A stretch of 20,000 nucleotides of DNA from an uncultured virus (IMG/VR IMGVR_UViG_3300011693_000001) (IMGVR_UViG_3300011693_000001:239606-259605), one strand, 5' to 3'. Positions 8,246-16,927 are shown, counted from the first letter of the stretch. Notes: generated from the sequence alone by a model not told the origin. Numbers and translations: made by a program.

Positions 8246-9358
8246 TTAGAACGGTACGTCTTTCTTTTTCTTCTTTTTCTTGCCACTATCCTTAGACTTC
8301 TTAGAAGACTTAGCTTCCTTGTCCTTAGAAGATTTCTTTTTCTTCTTTGGAGCTTCGTCTTCGTCGTCGTCATCCTCGTCGTCATCGTCATCATCCGACT
8401 TGGACTTCTTAGAGGACTTCTTAGAGGACTTCTTTTTCTTCTTTGGAGCTTCGTCTTCGTCGTCGTCTTCGTCATCATCGTCGTCGTCATCCTCGTCTTC
8501 ATCACGGGACTTCTTCGACTTCTTCTTGTCGCCTTTCTTTTTCTTACCTTTGCCAAGCGCGTAGCTGTCTTCGTCGTCTTCGTCGTCGTCAGTTTCATCA
8601 CCGCCGACGTATTCGTTACGCTTGAAGTCTTCGGCTGCTTCTTTTTCAGACAGAAGGCCAGTCAGTGTCAGCAGTTCCGGCGAGAGATTGTAAGTCAGAT
8701 ACTCTTTCTCTTCATCAGTAATCGGAGTACGATCACCTTTATCAACACTGTACTTATCTGTACCCGAAGCTTTCGGCTTGTAACGCAGCATTACATCACA
8801 GCCGTACTTCGGATGGTCGAGGTCGTAGTTGGCAGTTTTGCCAGTCTTCTTGTTTTTAGCTTTGTTCAGGTCTTTGAGTTCCTGAATACGGCTGGCTACA
8901 GAAGATGGGATACGGACAACCTTAACAGGAGTCCATGTTTTGCTATTCGGGTCTTTGAAGCCAGTCTTTGTTTCAGACTTAGTTGGATCAGACTTCTTAG
9001 CCGGCTCGTTCTCTTGTTCTTCCCGATCAATCGCATTCATCAGGTAGAAGAATTCGTAACTAGCTGTAGCGTTAGAGTCACCGCCACCGTGAGAAAGATC
9101 ACAGTAAGGGCAGTGTACATCATGCGGCTCTTCTTCGTTCAGCGGGTTATGCTTGAGGCAATAGCGCGGAACCTTGATGATCTTCTTTTCTTTGCCAGCG
9201 TAGATTTTAATCCAGTGACGCTTGATGGAAAGAATCTGATCGCCAATGAGGCGGAAAGGAGTAATCTCGTCCGGTGCGAATTCCAGCAGCTTGACTACTT
9301 CTTCCAGCCGCATGTTATCCTTACGGCCTGTTTTTGGTTTTGCTTTACCGATGGCCAT
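8246..9358 (-). CDS. Single-stranded DNA-binding protein, T4 gp32-like, with long acidic/basic tail ending DVPF
   Basis: RHW...YC...CPYC (putative Zn site), FYLMNAIDR, YDLDHPKYGCDVMLRY; lies next to recA; C-terminal DVPF resembles the bacterial SSB tip DIPF. Confidence 0.75.
   Translation of the reverse strand: MAIGKAKPKTGRKDNMRLEEVVKLLEFAPDEITPFRLIGDQILSIKRHWIKIYAGKEKKIIKVPRYCLKHNPLNEEEPHDVHCPYCDLSHGGGDSNATASYEFFYLMNAIDREEQENEPAKKSDPTKSETKTGFKDPNSKTWTPVKVVRIPSSVASRIQELKDLNKAKNKKTGKTANYDLDHPKYGCDVMLRYKPKASGTDKYSVDKGDRTPITDEEKEYLTYNLSPELLTLTGLLSEKEAAEDFKRNEYVGGDETDDDEDDEDSYALGKGKKKKGDKKKSKKSRDEDEDDDDDDDEDDDEDEAPKKKKKSSKKSSKKSKSDDDDDDEDDDDEDEAPKKKKKSSKDKEAKSSKKSKDSGKKKKKKKDVPF
8324..8491 (-). 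repeat. Imperfect 96-bp-period duplication encoding (D/E)n-EAPKKKKKSSK twice
   Basis: ctttggagcttcgtcttcgtcgtcgtc occurs at about 8345 and about 8441. Confidence 0.85.
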
Positions 9359-10538
9359 TGGTATCTCCGATTAGATGGCGTGTATCTCTATTTACAGATA
9401 GTGCAGCGTAGGCGCGCCGCGTCACTTTGTTCACCTGCCGCACACAAAACCGACGATCACGTTTAAGTTCAACGCGCTTCGGTGTTGCATAAATGGCGGT
9501 TGGTGCTGGATTGCTTTTCAGTAAATGGCCAAACTCACTGCGCATCTGCTGATCCATCTTCTCGATTTCCTGCACAGAGAAATATTCTCCAATATCGAGA
9601 AGCAAGCGTGCCGTTCCACGCTGATCCACTGACTTGATTAGATAACGAATGATATCATCCGTTTCGTCACGTTCAATGTTTTCGGCAATCCGTTCTTCGC
9701 TACTGACGGAACTATGAAGATTGCGTTCGCCTTCTTCATCGTCATTAGCCATACCGTCGAGGCTCACACTGAAGTTCACTTCGCCGCTTGATCCAGTAGC
9801 GAGTTTCTTCCGCTGTGTTTGCGGAATAGTGTACGCGATGCCATACTCATGCTCATCCGTACCGCAAGTCAGAGCATTGAGCACCCACCAGTTGATGTAT
9901 GAGGTAAGTGGGCCTCGATCACTGTCATATTTATCGATGGCGATCAGAACAGACTTGAGAATATTCTGACGAACATCCATGAAGTCGTAGTTCATAGACG
10001 GGTTGCTTTCAATGTAAGAAGCAGCCTGTTTACTCGCCATCTTGACGTAATGATCGACTACTGTAGTTCGATAGTTATAGAAGTTGCGTAAGTACCCATC
10101 GACCAACGACATGATGCGATATAAATCTTCGCGTGATGCGCAGCCGGCCTGACGAGCCATGTAGTCTAGTTGTTCGCGTAGCACTTCTCGGGATTTAGCG
10201 TTTACCATGTACTCACGGTATAACGACATGAACTCACGATTATGCGATTGGAACCTAGACAGGAACGTGTGGATAAATGAACGTTCAATCCGAGCGGAGC
10301 GGACGATTTCAAATTTCTCACGTCGATCCGTAGCTACCAAATACGAAGCTAACAACTCAATAACTGTTTCGCGTTCGATGGAGCTAATCTTACGCTTTCT
10401 GTTTCCTGTTGTTAGGTTAAGCAGATAGCTGACCTGTGTATCGAACACAGTGCTATGAACCACGACAGGTTCCAGCGCCTTGTACAAAAACAGGTCAAGA
10501 ATTATCTGAATCTGCTCGCCCGTCAGATTGTCGTACAT
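9345..10538 (-). CDS. Phage sigma70-family (RpoD-like regions 2-3) transcription factor, 397 aa
   Basis: DVRQNILKSVLIAIDKYDSDRGPLTSYINWWVLNAL matches regions 2.2-2.4; YTIP and VSLDGMANDDEEGERNL match region 3/3.2; no obvious region 4 HTH. Confidence 0.8.
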   Translation of the reverse strand: MYDNLTGEQIQIILDLFLYKALEPVVVHSTVFDTQVSYLLNLTTGNRKRKISSIERETVIELLASYLVATDRREKFEIVRSARIERSFIHTFLSRFQSHNREFMSLYREYMVNAKSREVLREQLDYMARQAGCASREDLYRIMSLVDGYLRNFYNYRTTVVDHYVKMASKQAASYIESNPSMNYDFMDVRQNILKSVLIAIDKYDSDRGPLTSYINWWVLNALTCGTDEHEYGIAYTIPQTQRKKLATGSSGEVNFSVSLDGMANDDEEGERNLHSSVSSEERIAENIERDETDDIIRYLIKSVDQRGTARLLLDIGEYFSVQEIEKMDQQMRSEFGHLLKSNPAPTAIYATPKRVELKRDRRFCVRQVNKVTRRAYAALSVNRDTRHLIGDTNGHR

Positions 10539-10549
10539 TTAAAGCCTGC

Positions 10550-10999
10550 TTAGCTCTGCTTGCTCTTAGGTGCGCGCGGCTTGGAACCGGTAGCTTTAGA
10601 AACAGGTTTTGAATCGGAGGAAGACTGCAAAGCACCAGCGGCTTCCAGATCGTTGAGCTGAGCTTGCAGCTGAGCGATCTTATTTTTCAATTCAGCATTT
10701 TCGGTGGAGAAACTTTTCTCCCGCTGCTTAGCTCCGGCAAACTGCTGCAATACTTCTTCGCGTTCAGAGCCGAGTACGCGAATCTGCTCGTTCAACTTAC
10801 TGATTGTTTGTTGCAGACCCGCAACATCAGTGTTACGCAGTTGAGCCAGTTCTTTACTCAGATTCTGAATGATGTTGTTGGCTCGCATCAGCTGAGCAGC
10901 AGAACGAATTTCGTTATCGAGACTGCGGTGAACCAAACCGATAGCGGCACAGACTTCCAGTTGAGTCAGATCGGTATTGTTTTGCGGATCGTACAGCAT
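10550..10999 (-). CDS. Coiled-coil protein, 149 aa
   Basis: Heptad-rich central part; AAGGGG SD; S/K-rich tail. Confidence 0.8.
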   Translation of the reverse strand: MLYDPQNNTDLTQLEVCAAIGLVHRSLDNEIRSAAQLMRANNIIQNLSKELAQLRNTDVAGLQQTISKLNEQIRVLGSEREEVLQQFAGAKQREKSFSTENAELKNKIAQLQAQLNDLEAAGALQSSSDSKPVSKATGSKPRAPKSKQS

Positions 11000-11009
11000 T
11001 ATAAGCCCC

Positions 11010-11675
11010 TTAGCGGTCTTGCGTTATCAAAAGGTTGGCAAAAGCAATTAAGTGTTTACACGCGCCGGGCACAGCCGACGGATTCATAAAGCCGGGGAAC
11101 ATCCCATTCGAATAAATCAAACGGGCAGCGTTATGAGCCGCGTTAGCGTATTCGTAAGTGAATACGTACGACTCACAGTCGCATTGCAGTAACACACGTT
11201 GTCGATTCACCGGCAATCCTGAATCAGCGTCCATACCAATGATGCTAACATTTCGCTTGCGCGGAGGTTTATCACGGGCAGGATCGTGTGTACGCATCAC
11301 ACCAAGATAAGCGGTCAGTCCTGACTTGGTTTTTGCTTTCTTGATGCTGAGCATTCTAACGTACTGCGCATTGTTGTGGAACAAGCGTGGTGTCATGCGG
11401 AGAATCTGCCGCAATTTCATCCCACGTTGATTCACCATAAGTTCATCAGGTAACGGCCTAGGTGGACCTAATGCTTTTAGTGGCATCCTCTTGTATGGAG
11501 TACCGCTAGCAATACGTTCAGATTTTTTCTTCGGTGGCTTACCATCGCGGCGAGCTTTGGCATCTTTCTCTCGTTTCAGAGCTTCGCGTTTTGCTTCGCT
11601 GGCCCGACCGCTGGTATTGGAGCGAGATTTCTTGAGAGGTTTGTAGTCACTCTTTTTAGTAATGCCCTTCTTCAT
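11010..11675 (-). CDS. SWIM-type zinc finger protein with basic N-terminus
   Basis: LLQCDCESY...PGACKHLIAF fits CxC-xn-CxH; K/R-rich first 60 aa. Confidence 0.75.
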   Translation of the reverse strand: MKKGITKKSDYKPLKKSRSNTSGRASEAKREALKREKDAKARRDGKPPKKKSERIASGTPYKRMPLKALGPPRPLPDELMVNQRGMKLRQILRMTPRLFHNNAQYVRMLSIKKAKTKSGLTAYLGVMRTHDPARDKPPRKRNVSIIGMDADSGLPVNRQRVLLQCDCESYVFTYEYANAAHNAARLIYSNGMFPGFMNPSAVPGACKHLIAFANLLITQDR

Positions 11676-12171
11676 CAGCTGCCACCATTTCAGGAGCCTG
11701 AGTCTCTGTTACTGTATTATTTACAGTTTCACCAGCATCAGACTCATTGCTCTTAAGTTGAATGGCTTCTAAGCCACCGGCGAAGAGATTGACCCGTATG
11801 GTTTCGAGAGAAGACAGAAGTTGTTTGGCAAAACCGGTATGAATCAATGTACCTGTAGTCCCAGCCAGCTTAACTATATCAGCGTGCGCTTTCAGCTCAG
11901 CTTCACCATCCAGAAATACTTTGCTTACCGTAGAGATAGTATCTAACCGGGCCTGAAGCTGTTTATCCGCTAGTTTCTTTAACTCAGCGTTGTAGGTTTC
12001 CATCGCTGCCGTAACTGCGCTGTTAGCTTTCAATCGATCTTGATAGGAACTATACAGCCGCTCATAATCACGAGCGTGATTTGCGAGCGCACGTAGGTGA
12101 TAATAAAAAGATACGACTCCTGTAGCTAAAATGCCGAATGCAATTCCAGCTAGCAAACTTGTGAATTCCAT
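11656..12171 (-). CDS. N-terminally anchored membrane protein with coiled coil, 171 aa
   Basis: Hydrophobic FTSLLAGIAFGILATGVVSFYY followed by a helical region. Confidence 0.75.
   Translation of the reverse strand: MEFTSLLAGIAFGILATGVVSFYYHLRALANHARDYERLYSSYQDRLKANSAVTAAMETYNAELKKLADKQLQARLDTISTVSKVFLDGEAELKAHADIVKLAGTTGTLIHTGFAKQLLSSLETIRVNLFAGGLEAIQLKSNESDAGETVNNTVTETQAPEMVAADEEGHY
11720..11729 (-). promoter_or_regulatory. AAACTGTAAA motif copy, about 45 nt upstream of the SWIM gene start
   Basis: Exact 10-mer shared with copies at 15738, 16432, 16957 and 17935. Confidence 0.5.
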
Positions 12172-12176
12172 AGCAA

Positions 12177-12281
12177 TCAGTTTTCCATATCGTGTTGGTC
12201 AAGCTCGTCGTTACGTTTACGCACTTCCAACCAAAGTAAAGCGAAGGCGCAAAGAGCGAGCACAGCTAAAAATTTAATCAT
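12177..12281 (-). CDS. Small single-pass membrane protein, 34 aa (MIKFLAVLALCAFALLWLEVRKRNDELDQHDMEN)
   Basis: Fills the gap between two genes, overlaps the upstream stop, TAAGG SD-like sequence, hydrophobic N-terminus followed by RKR; below the ORF-track cutoff. Confidence 0.7.
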   Translation of the reverse strand: MIKFLAVLALCAFALLWLEVRKRNDELDQHDMEN

Positions 12282-12561
12282 TTGTTTCTACCTTACGACT
12301 TGCACGCTTAGCTCGACGTAACCGGGCTTTGGATGAATTCAGTTTAGAGTTAAGTCGCTGGTTAGCGTCTCGTAACTCCCGCATGAGTTTAGTCTGCTGC
12401 TGATATTTTTCATGCCACTCATCACGTTCTCGGATAACTTCAGATAGCTGAATCTTATCCTTACGATAGACGCAGTAAGCAATAAAGGCAATCATCAGCA
12501 AGAAGAATGCGATGTATAGAGCGATGCGTAGGGAGATTATTAGCTCGACGATGGCGAACAT
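12274..12561 (-). CDS. Membrane-anchored coiled-coil protein, 95 aa
   Basis: Hydrophobic IALYIAFFLLMIAFIAYCVY then a basic coiled coil. Confidence 0.75.
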   Translation of the reverse strand: MFAIVELIISLRIALYIAFFLLMIAFIAYCVYRKDKIQLSEVIRERDEWHEKYQQQTKLMRELRDANQRLNSKLNSSKARLRRAKRASRKVETND

Positions 12562-13253
12562 AGTTTTCTCTTCAAGTCAACGTAGCGGTTATAGTTCTCA
12601 CAAACGCCTAATGTCTTAGTGGCGATTTTTAAGAACGGTGTGTGGATACAGCTTGTTTCAAGCAAACGCTTGGGTTTTAATTTGGCCAACAGCGTAGCCA
12701 ACTCGGAAAATCGACAATACTCAGGTAGAGTAAAATCGGTGCCGGACTTGGAAAACAACACTGCGAATTTGTAGATGTAATTTTCCGGGGTTTGCTCGTG
12801 ATGCTTCTCCATCATCACAGTGCTACTGACAATGGTAGTAGAATTCAGATGGAAGCCTGCCATCATGCAATCGTACATAACACGAGCCAACAAGGTTTGC
12901 TCTACTACAAATAGCAGATGACCATTATCACGTAGGACAGTGTACAGATCACCCATTACCGGGTTTATCTTACGACGCCATCCATCTTCCAGCAGAGCAT
13001 TATGAGCATAGAACGCACCATGCTCCGGGTAACTACAAATAAGATCAAAGCGTAACTCTTTCTCTACACAAGCGGCTGTCACATCATGCAAGTTCTGATG
13101 ACGTATTCGAATGCCATCATCTGCATTAAAGCTGCGTACTTTGTTCACTTGGTCCTTCTGCAAGGCGACTATAAAGCCACCATGCTCTTCGCACTTGGAG
13201 AGTATATGAACTTCCCCTCTTGATGTGCAACCACAACTGTAGAAATTGAGCAC
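12540..13253 (-). CDS. Degenerate beta-class N4/N6 DNA methyltransferase-fold protein with N-terminal Cys/His cluster
   Basis: GTG start with AGAGGA SD. FDLICSYPEH, LYTVLRDNGHLLFVV and RLLETSCIHTP...LGVCENYNRY follow beta-MTase motif order, but catalytic and SAM-binding motifs are degenerate. Confidence 0.5.
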   Translation of the reverse strand: MLNFYSCGCTSRGEVHILSKCEEHGGFIVALQKDQVNKVRSFNADDGIRIRHQNLHDVTAACVEKELRFDLICSYPEHGAFYAHNALLEDGWRRKINPVMGDLYTVLRDNGHLLFVVEQTLLARVMYDCMMAGFHLNSTTIVSSTVMMEKHHEQTPENYIYKFAVLFSKSGTDFTLPEYCRFSELATLLAKLKPKRLLETSCIHTPFLKIATKTLGVCENYNRYVDLKRKLCSPSSS

Positions 13254-13266
13254 AACCGTTTCCTCT

Positions 13267-13719
13267 TTATAGCGGCTGTTTGCCGGCGTTACCCGCTGCT
13301 TCTTTTATAGCTGCAACGGCAGCGCGTTCTCTCTCATCCAGCTCAGCGATACGATCCTCACCTACATCGGAATTTTCAGATTCAGGCTCAGGGAACATAT
13401 AATGACTGTGCGGATACTTAGCGCGACCTTCTGACCAATCCAATACCTGCTGATACAGGCCAGCTGCAAACAACAGTACGCTTTTTGGAACCTGTTGAAG
13501 CATACGTAGTTGCATCATGTTGGAATCAAGAATATCGTATTCGATTTCCCCATTAGACAGATCAGGATACAGGACTACGAAATAAGAGGCAGCGTCTACA
13601 GATGGAAATGGATGAATTGCGTATAGAGCAGATTTTAAATCCTGCTCCATAGCTTTTAATTTCATGTAGTCTTGTTCGTACTCGGCGAAACTAACGCCTT
13701 CTGTTTGAAATTCTGACAT
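13267..13719 (-). CDS. Hypothetical protein, 150 aa
   Basis: ORF in operon orientation; GGAAGAG upstream of the ATG. Confidence 0.75.
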   Translation of the reverse strand: MSEFQTEGVSFAEYEQDYMKLKAMEQDLKSALYAIHPFPSVDAASYFVVLYPDLSNGEIEYDILDSNMMQLRMLQQVPKSVLLFAAGLYQQVLDWSEGRAKYPHSHYMFPEPESENSDVGEDRIAELDERERAAVAAIKEAAGNAGKQPL

Positions 13720-14402
13720 TGTAACTCTTCCAGTTGAGGGAACTCTATCGCGTTCACATCGAGAGTAGGATACCCTACGCTTTTTACGATTCCACTGTCT
13801 GCCAGCACGTTTACTTTGCTCTTAGAGATAAAGTCTATACGCTTGCTAGCGTCGCCGCGAGATAACACGGAAAACTCAGCCATCAGCTGATGGACTGCTT
13901 CGATGACGTGTACCCGATACGGGCTATTACGTGACTCGTTAATTATTTCAGCGGAAGGTGAACCGTATAAGGCAATAGAGGTATGTGCTCGAAGAACGAT
14001 ATCGTAAGCGTTTTCGATAGGTTGAATCTTTTGGAATTCAAGCGGAGAAGGCTGACTGCCAAGACCCGTAATTTTTCCCAACTTATCTATCAGATATTCG
14101 ATGAAGGAAAGCTCATGCAGAGCTGCGGTGTAGCATGGCTGCGCAATTTCCATACGAGCATCTTGCTCTTCAACGTCACATAGGGAGCGCATCTTCTGTG
14201 ACGTTGATTCTTTCTCATCACCTAAGATTCGTCTAGCGGCCAGCACTTTGGCTTCGCTTCGTTTAGCTTCAGCTAAGGATGATTTAATGGCGAAGCTGCG
14301 ATCTTGCTTCAGTTCATGTAGAACACGAAGGGCTTCTACGCCTGTATGGCAATTGCCAACAATGTGATAGAAAATCTGAAAATCAGAATTCTTCCAGTTC
14401 AT
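13662..14402 (-). CDS. Hypothetical helical protein, 246 aa
   Basis: ATG 14402 (MNWKNSDFQIF) with GGGG SD, directly after a terminator; 58-nt overlap with the next gene. Confidence 0.75.
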   Translation of the reverse strand: MNWKNSDFQIFYHIVGNCHTGVEALRVLHELKQDRSFAIKSSLAEAKRSEAKVLAARRILGDEKESTSQKMRSLCDVEEQDARMEIAQPCYTAALHELSFIEYLIDKLGKITGLGSQPSPLEFQKIQPIENAYDIVLRAHTSIALYGSPSAEIINESRNSPYRVHVIEAVHQLMAEFSVLSRGDASKRIDFISKSKVNVLADSGIVKSVGYPTLDVNAIEFPQLEELQCQNFKQKALVSPSTNKTT

Positions 14403-14414
14403 CGCTAACCCCAT

Positions 14415-14449
14415 AAACAAAAAGGGCCGATGATGTTACTCACCGGCCC
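14415..14449 (-). terminator. Intrinsic terminator after the H1-like gene
   Basis: GGGCCGGTGA-GTAACA-TCATCGGCCC followed by TTTTTGTTT. Confidence 0.85.
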
Positions 14450-14469
14450 GTTGTACGGCGAAGAATGAC

Positions 14470-15027
14470 TTACAGGTCGAACTCGTCGTATTCTTTTTCG
14501 GCCTTAGCCGACTTCTTGGCCTTAGCTGGTTTAACTGCTTTTTCCTTCTTGCCACCTTTCTTTTCGGCTTTGGCTTTCTTAGCTGGTTTTTCAGCTTTGG
14601 CCTTCTTGCCCTTCACCGGCTTTTCAGCTACGGCTTCTTCTTCTTTGGCGGCTTTCTTGGACTTCGCAGGCTTTTCAGCTTTGGCTGGCTTTTCAGCTTT
14701 GGCAGCCTTCTTACCTTTGGCCGGCTTTTCAGCTTCAGCTTTGGCAGCAGCCTTCTTACCTTTGGCCGGCTTTTCAGCTTTGGCCGGCTTTTCAGCTTTG
14801 GTAGCTTTAGCAGTTTTAGCAGCACCCTTAGCTGCTTTCGGAGCCTTAGCAGTAGGAGCGGCTTCACCTTGCAAGGTGGCGATTTCTTTACGCGAAGATT
14901 CCAGCAGTGCGGATACTTTCGAAGTCTGAGCGGTCAGAGCTTTGAACATGGATTCCAGAGCGCGGCTTTGTTTGGTCAGAACCGAGACGGCGCGCGAGCG
15001 GTTAATCATTGCAACTTCTTTAGCCAT
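14470..15027 (-). CDS. Histone H1-like/AlgP-like Lys-Ala-Pro-rich protein with N-terminal coiled coil, 185 aa
   Basis: ATG 15027 with GAGG SD; repeated KAEKPA units; acidic C-terminal tip EYDEFDL. Confidence 0.85.
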   Translation of the reverse strand: MAKEVAMINRSRAVSVLTKQSRALESMFKALTAQTSKVSALLESSRKEIATLQGEAAPTAKAPKAAKGAAKTAKATKAEKPAKAEKPAKGKKAAAKAEAEKPAKGKKAAKAEKPAKAEKPAKSKKAAKEEEAVAEKPVKGKKAKAEKPAKKAKAEKKGGKKEKAVKPAKAKKSAKAEKEYDEFDL

Positions 15028-15060
15028 GATGGCTTTCCTCAAATTCTTTTTGAATTGAAA

Positions 15061-15083
15061 GAAGGGGACAGTATGCCCCCTTC
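15061..15083 (-). promoter_or_regulatory. 10-bp hairpin in the leader of the H1-like gene (5' stabiliser, attenuator or terminator)
   Basis: GAAGGGGGCA-TAC-TGTCCCCTTC followed by TTTC. Confidence 0.6.
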
Positions 15084-15114
15084 CTTTATTTACGTCGAAA
15101 CGGACAACGAGTCT

Positions 15115-15143
15115 AAATTAGCACTATCAAAACACTGTGTCAA
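15115..15143 (-). promoter_or_regulatory. Sigma70-type promoter for the H1-like gene
   Basis: TTGACA (15143-15138), 17-nt spacer ending TGC, TAATTT (15120-15115); the -35 lies in the perfect palindrome TGTCAATTGACA (15138-15149). Confidence 0.75.
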
Positions 15144-15182
15144 TTGACAGGTTGTTACGGTAACGATTTAACGGCGGGACGA

Positions 15183-15680
<498 letters not shown>

Positions 15681-15737
15681 CGCGGAACATCCTCATTATA
15701 GCAGTTAATGAAACGCAAACTTCTTTGCGTTCTAATC

Positions 15738-15747
15738 TTTACAGTTT
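15738..15747 (-). promoter_or_regulatory. AAACTGTAAA motif copy upstream of the diblock gene
   Basis: Exact 10-mer, intergenic, about 58 nt before ATG 15680. Confidence 0.6.
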
Positions 15748-15752
15748 TACAA

Positions 15753-15785
15753 TGACGCTACTCGAATCCTTATGAAGTAGCGTCA
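15753..15785 (-). terminator. Hairpin downstream of the acidic protein gene (possible terminator)
   Basis: Perfect 10-bp inverted repeat TGACGCTACT/AGTAGCGTCA with 13-nt loop; poor U-tract. Confidence 0.5.
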
Positions 15786-15807
15786 CGTTGATTAAGAGTG
15801 GGTTGAA

Positions 15808-16377
15808 TCAGCCGAAGGAATCTTCGTCATCTTCTTCGTCGAGGTCTTCATCTTCCTCTTCTTCGTCCTCGTCTTCTTCCTCTTCATCCTCGTCTTCGTC
15901 GAGTTCTTCCTCGTCGTCTTCGTCGAGTTCTTCCTCGTCGTCTTCGTCTTCGTCGTCTTCGTCTTCGTCGTCGTCTTCGTCTTCGTCTTCGTCTTCGTCG
16001 TCGTCTTCGTCTTCGTCTTCGTCGTCGTCGTCTTCGTCGAGTTCTTCGTCGTCCTCGTCATCACCCTCATCAGAGTCTTCGAACTCTACGTCGTCCATTG
16101 CTTCTTCTGGAAGCACGTTCGCAACCGAGTCGATAAAATCTTCGAAGGTGTAACCGTTTTCATCCAATGTACGCAGCATAGCGGACATTGCATTAACGGA
16201 ATGCTGAGAGAGCATTTGATCCTGCTCACTGACTTCGTTTTCTTCGAAGTGCTCGCTCGCGTCGGACTCAATAGCGTCGGCCAACTGGCCCAACGAAAGC
16301 TCTTCACCGTACTGTTCCCGTGAATAGGTCAGAAGGGCAAGCAGAGCCATGTTGGTAAAGTCGAAAGCGTTAGCCAT
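15808..16377 (-). CDS. Extremely acidic protein, 189 aa: helical N-domain plus about 85-residue D/E tail
   Basis: ATG with GGAG SD; direct translation. Confidence 0.85.
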   Translation of the reverse strand: MANAFDFTNMALLALLTYSREQYGEELSLGQLADAIESDASEHFEENEVSEQDQMLSQHSVNAMSAMLRTLDENGYTFEDFIDSVANVLPEEAMDDVEFEDSDEGDDEDDEELDEDDDDEDEDEDDDEDEDEDEDDDEDEDDEDEDDEEELDEDDEEELDEDEDEEEEDEDEEEEDEDLDEEDDEDSFG

Positions 16378-16431
16378 TTGTGTTACTCCAATTTATCAAG
16401 GAGATAGGGGGTGGTGTCGATGCTTGATGTA

Positions 16432-16441
16432 TTTACAGTTT
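16432..16441 (-). promoter_or_regulatory. AAACTGTAAA motif copy upstream of the acidic protein gene
   Basis: Exact 10-mer, intergenic, about 55 nt before ATG 16377. Confidence 0.6.
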
Positions 16442-16453
16442 GGAAAGAAGAAC

Positions 16454-16891
16454 TTATTCTTCTTCGGCAACGAATTCGATATTGATGCCCTTGTTATCCG
16501 GCAGGAAGATCACACCATCGGAAACGGTTTTAACAGTAGCACCATCAGCGCCGAAAGAAACGGCACCTTTGAATTGCAGAGGACGAACAACCGAACGGCG
16601 GGCGGTACGCAGAACTACGGTGCCTACTTCGCCATTCTCGGAAGGCATGGCAACAATTTCACGCATCGGGAAACGAGTGCGCATCATTTTCGAAGAAGCG
16701 CGACGCTTGTGTTGCAGAACAACGCCAGCGGCATCACGGGAAACTACGGTAGCGTCCAGTTTAACGACTTGCGGAACGTACACTTCGATGCTGTACGATT
16801 GGGAAACCTTCGAAGACGATTTAGCCTTTTTGGCTTTGGTAGCGCCTTTGCCGGCAACTTTGACTTTCTTTTTCTCAGTGACTTTGGCCAT
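16454..16891 (-). CDS. Basic protein, 145 aa, Lys-rich N-tail plus beta-rich domain
   Basis: ATG 16891 (MAKVTEKKKV) with AGGT SD. Confidence 0.8.
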   Translation of the reverse strand: MAKVTEKKKVKVAGKGATKAKKAKSSSKVSQSYSIEVYVPQVVKLDATVVSRDAAGVVLQHKRRASSKMMRTRFPMREIVAMPSENGEVGTVVLRTARRSVVRPLQFKGAVSFGADGATVKTVSDGVIFLPDNKGINIEFVAEEE

Positions 16892-16927
16892 TTTGATGCA
16901 CCTAAACAATTCAGTGTTGGGTTATTA

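Noticed and set aside
8210..9466. 418-aa hydrophobic plus-strand ORF resembling a membrane protein
   Set aside because: Reverse complement of the SSB D/E/K codons; the same applies to 15144-15701 (poly V/F) and 15788-16153 (poly S)
11656..12561. Holin/spanin lysis cassette
   Set aside because: No endolysin nearby, and LALC in the 34-aa ORF does not fit the lipobox consensus
15144..15172. Plus-strand sigma70 promoter from the palindromic TTGACA
   Set aside because: No adequate -10 at 16-18 nt spacing and no credible plus-strand gene
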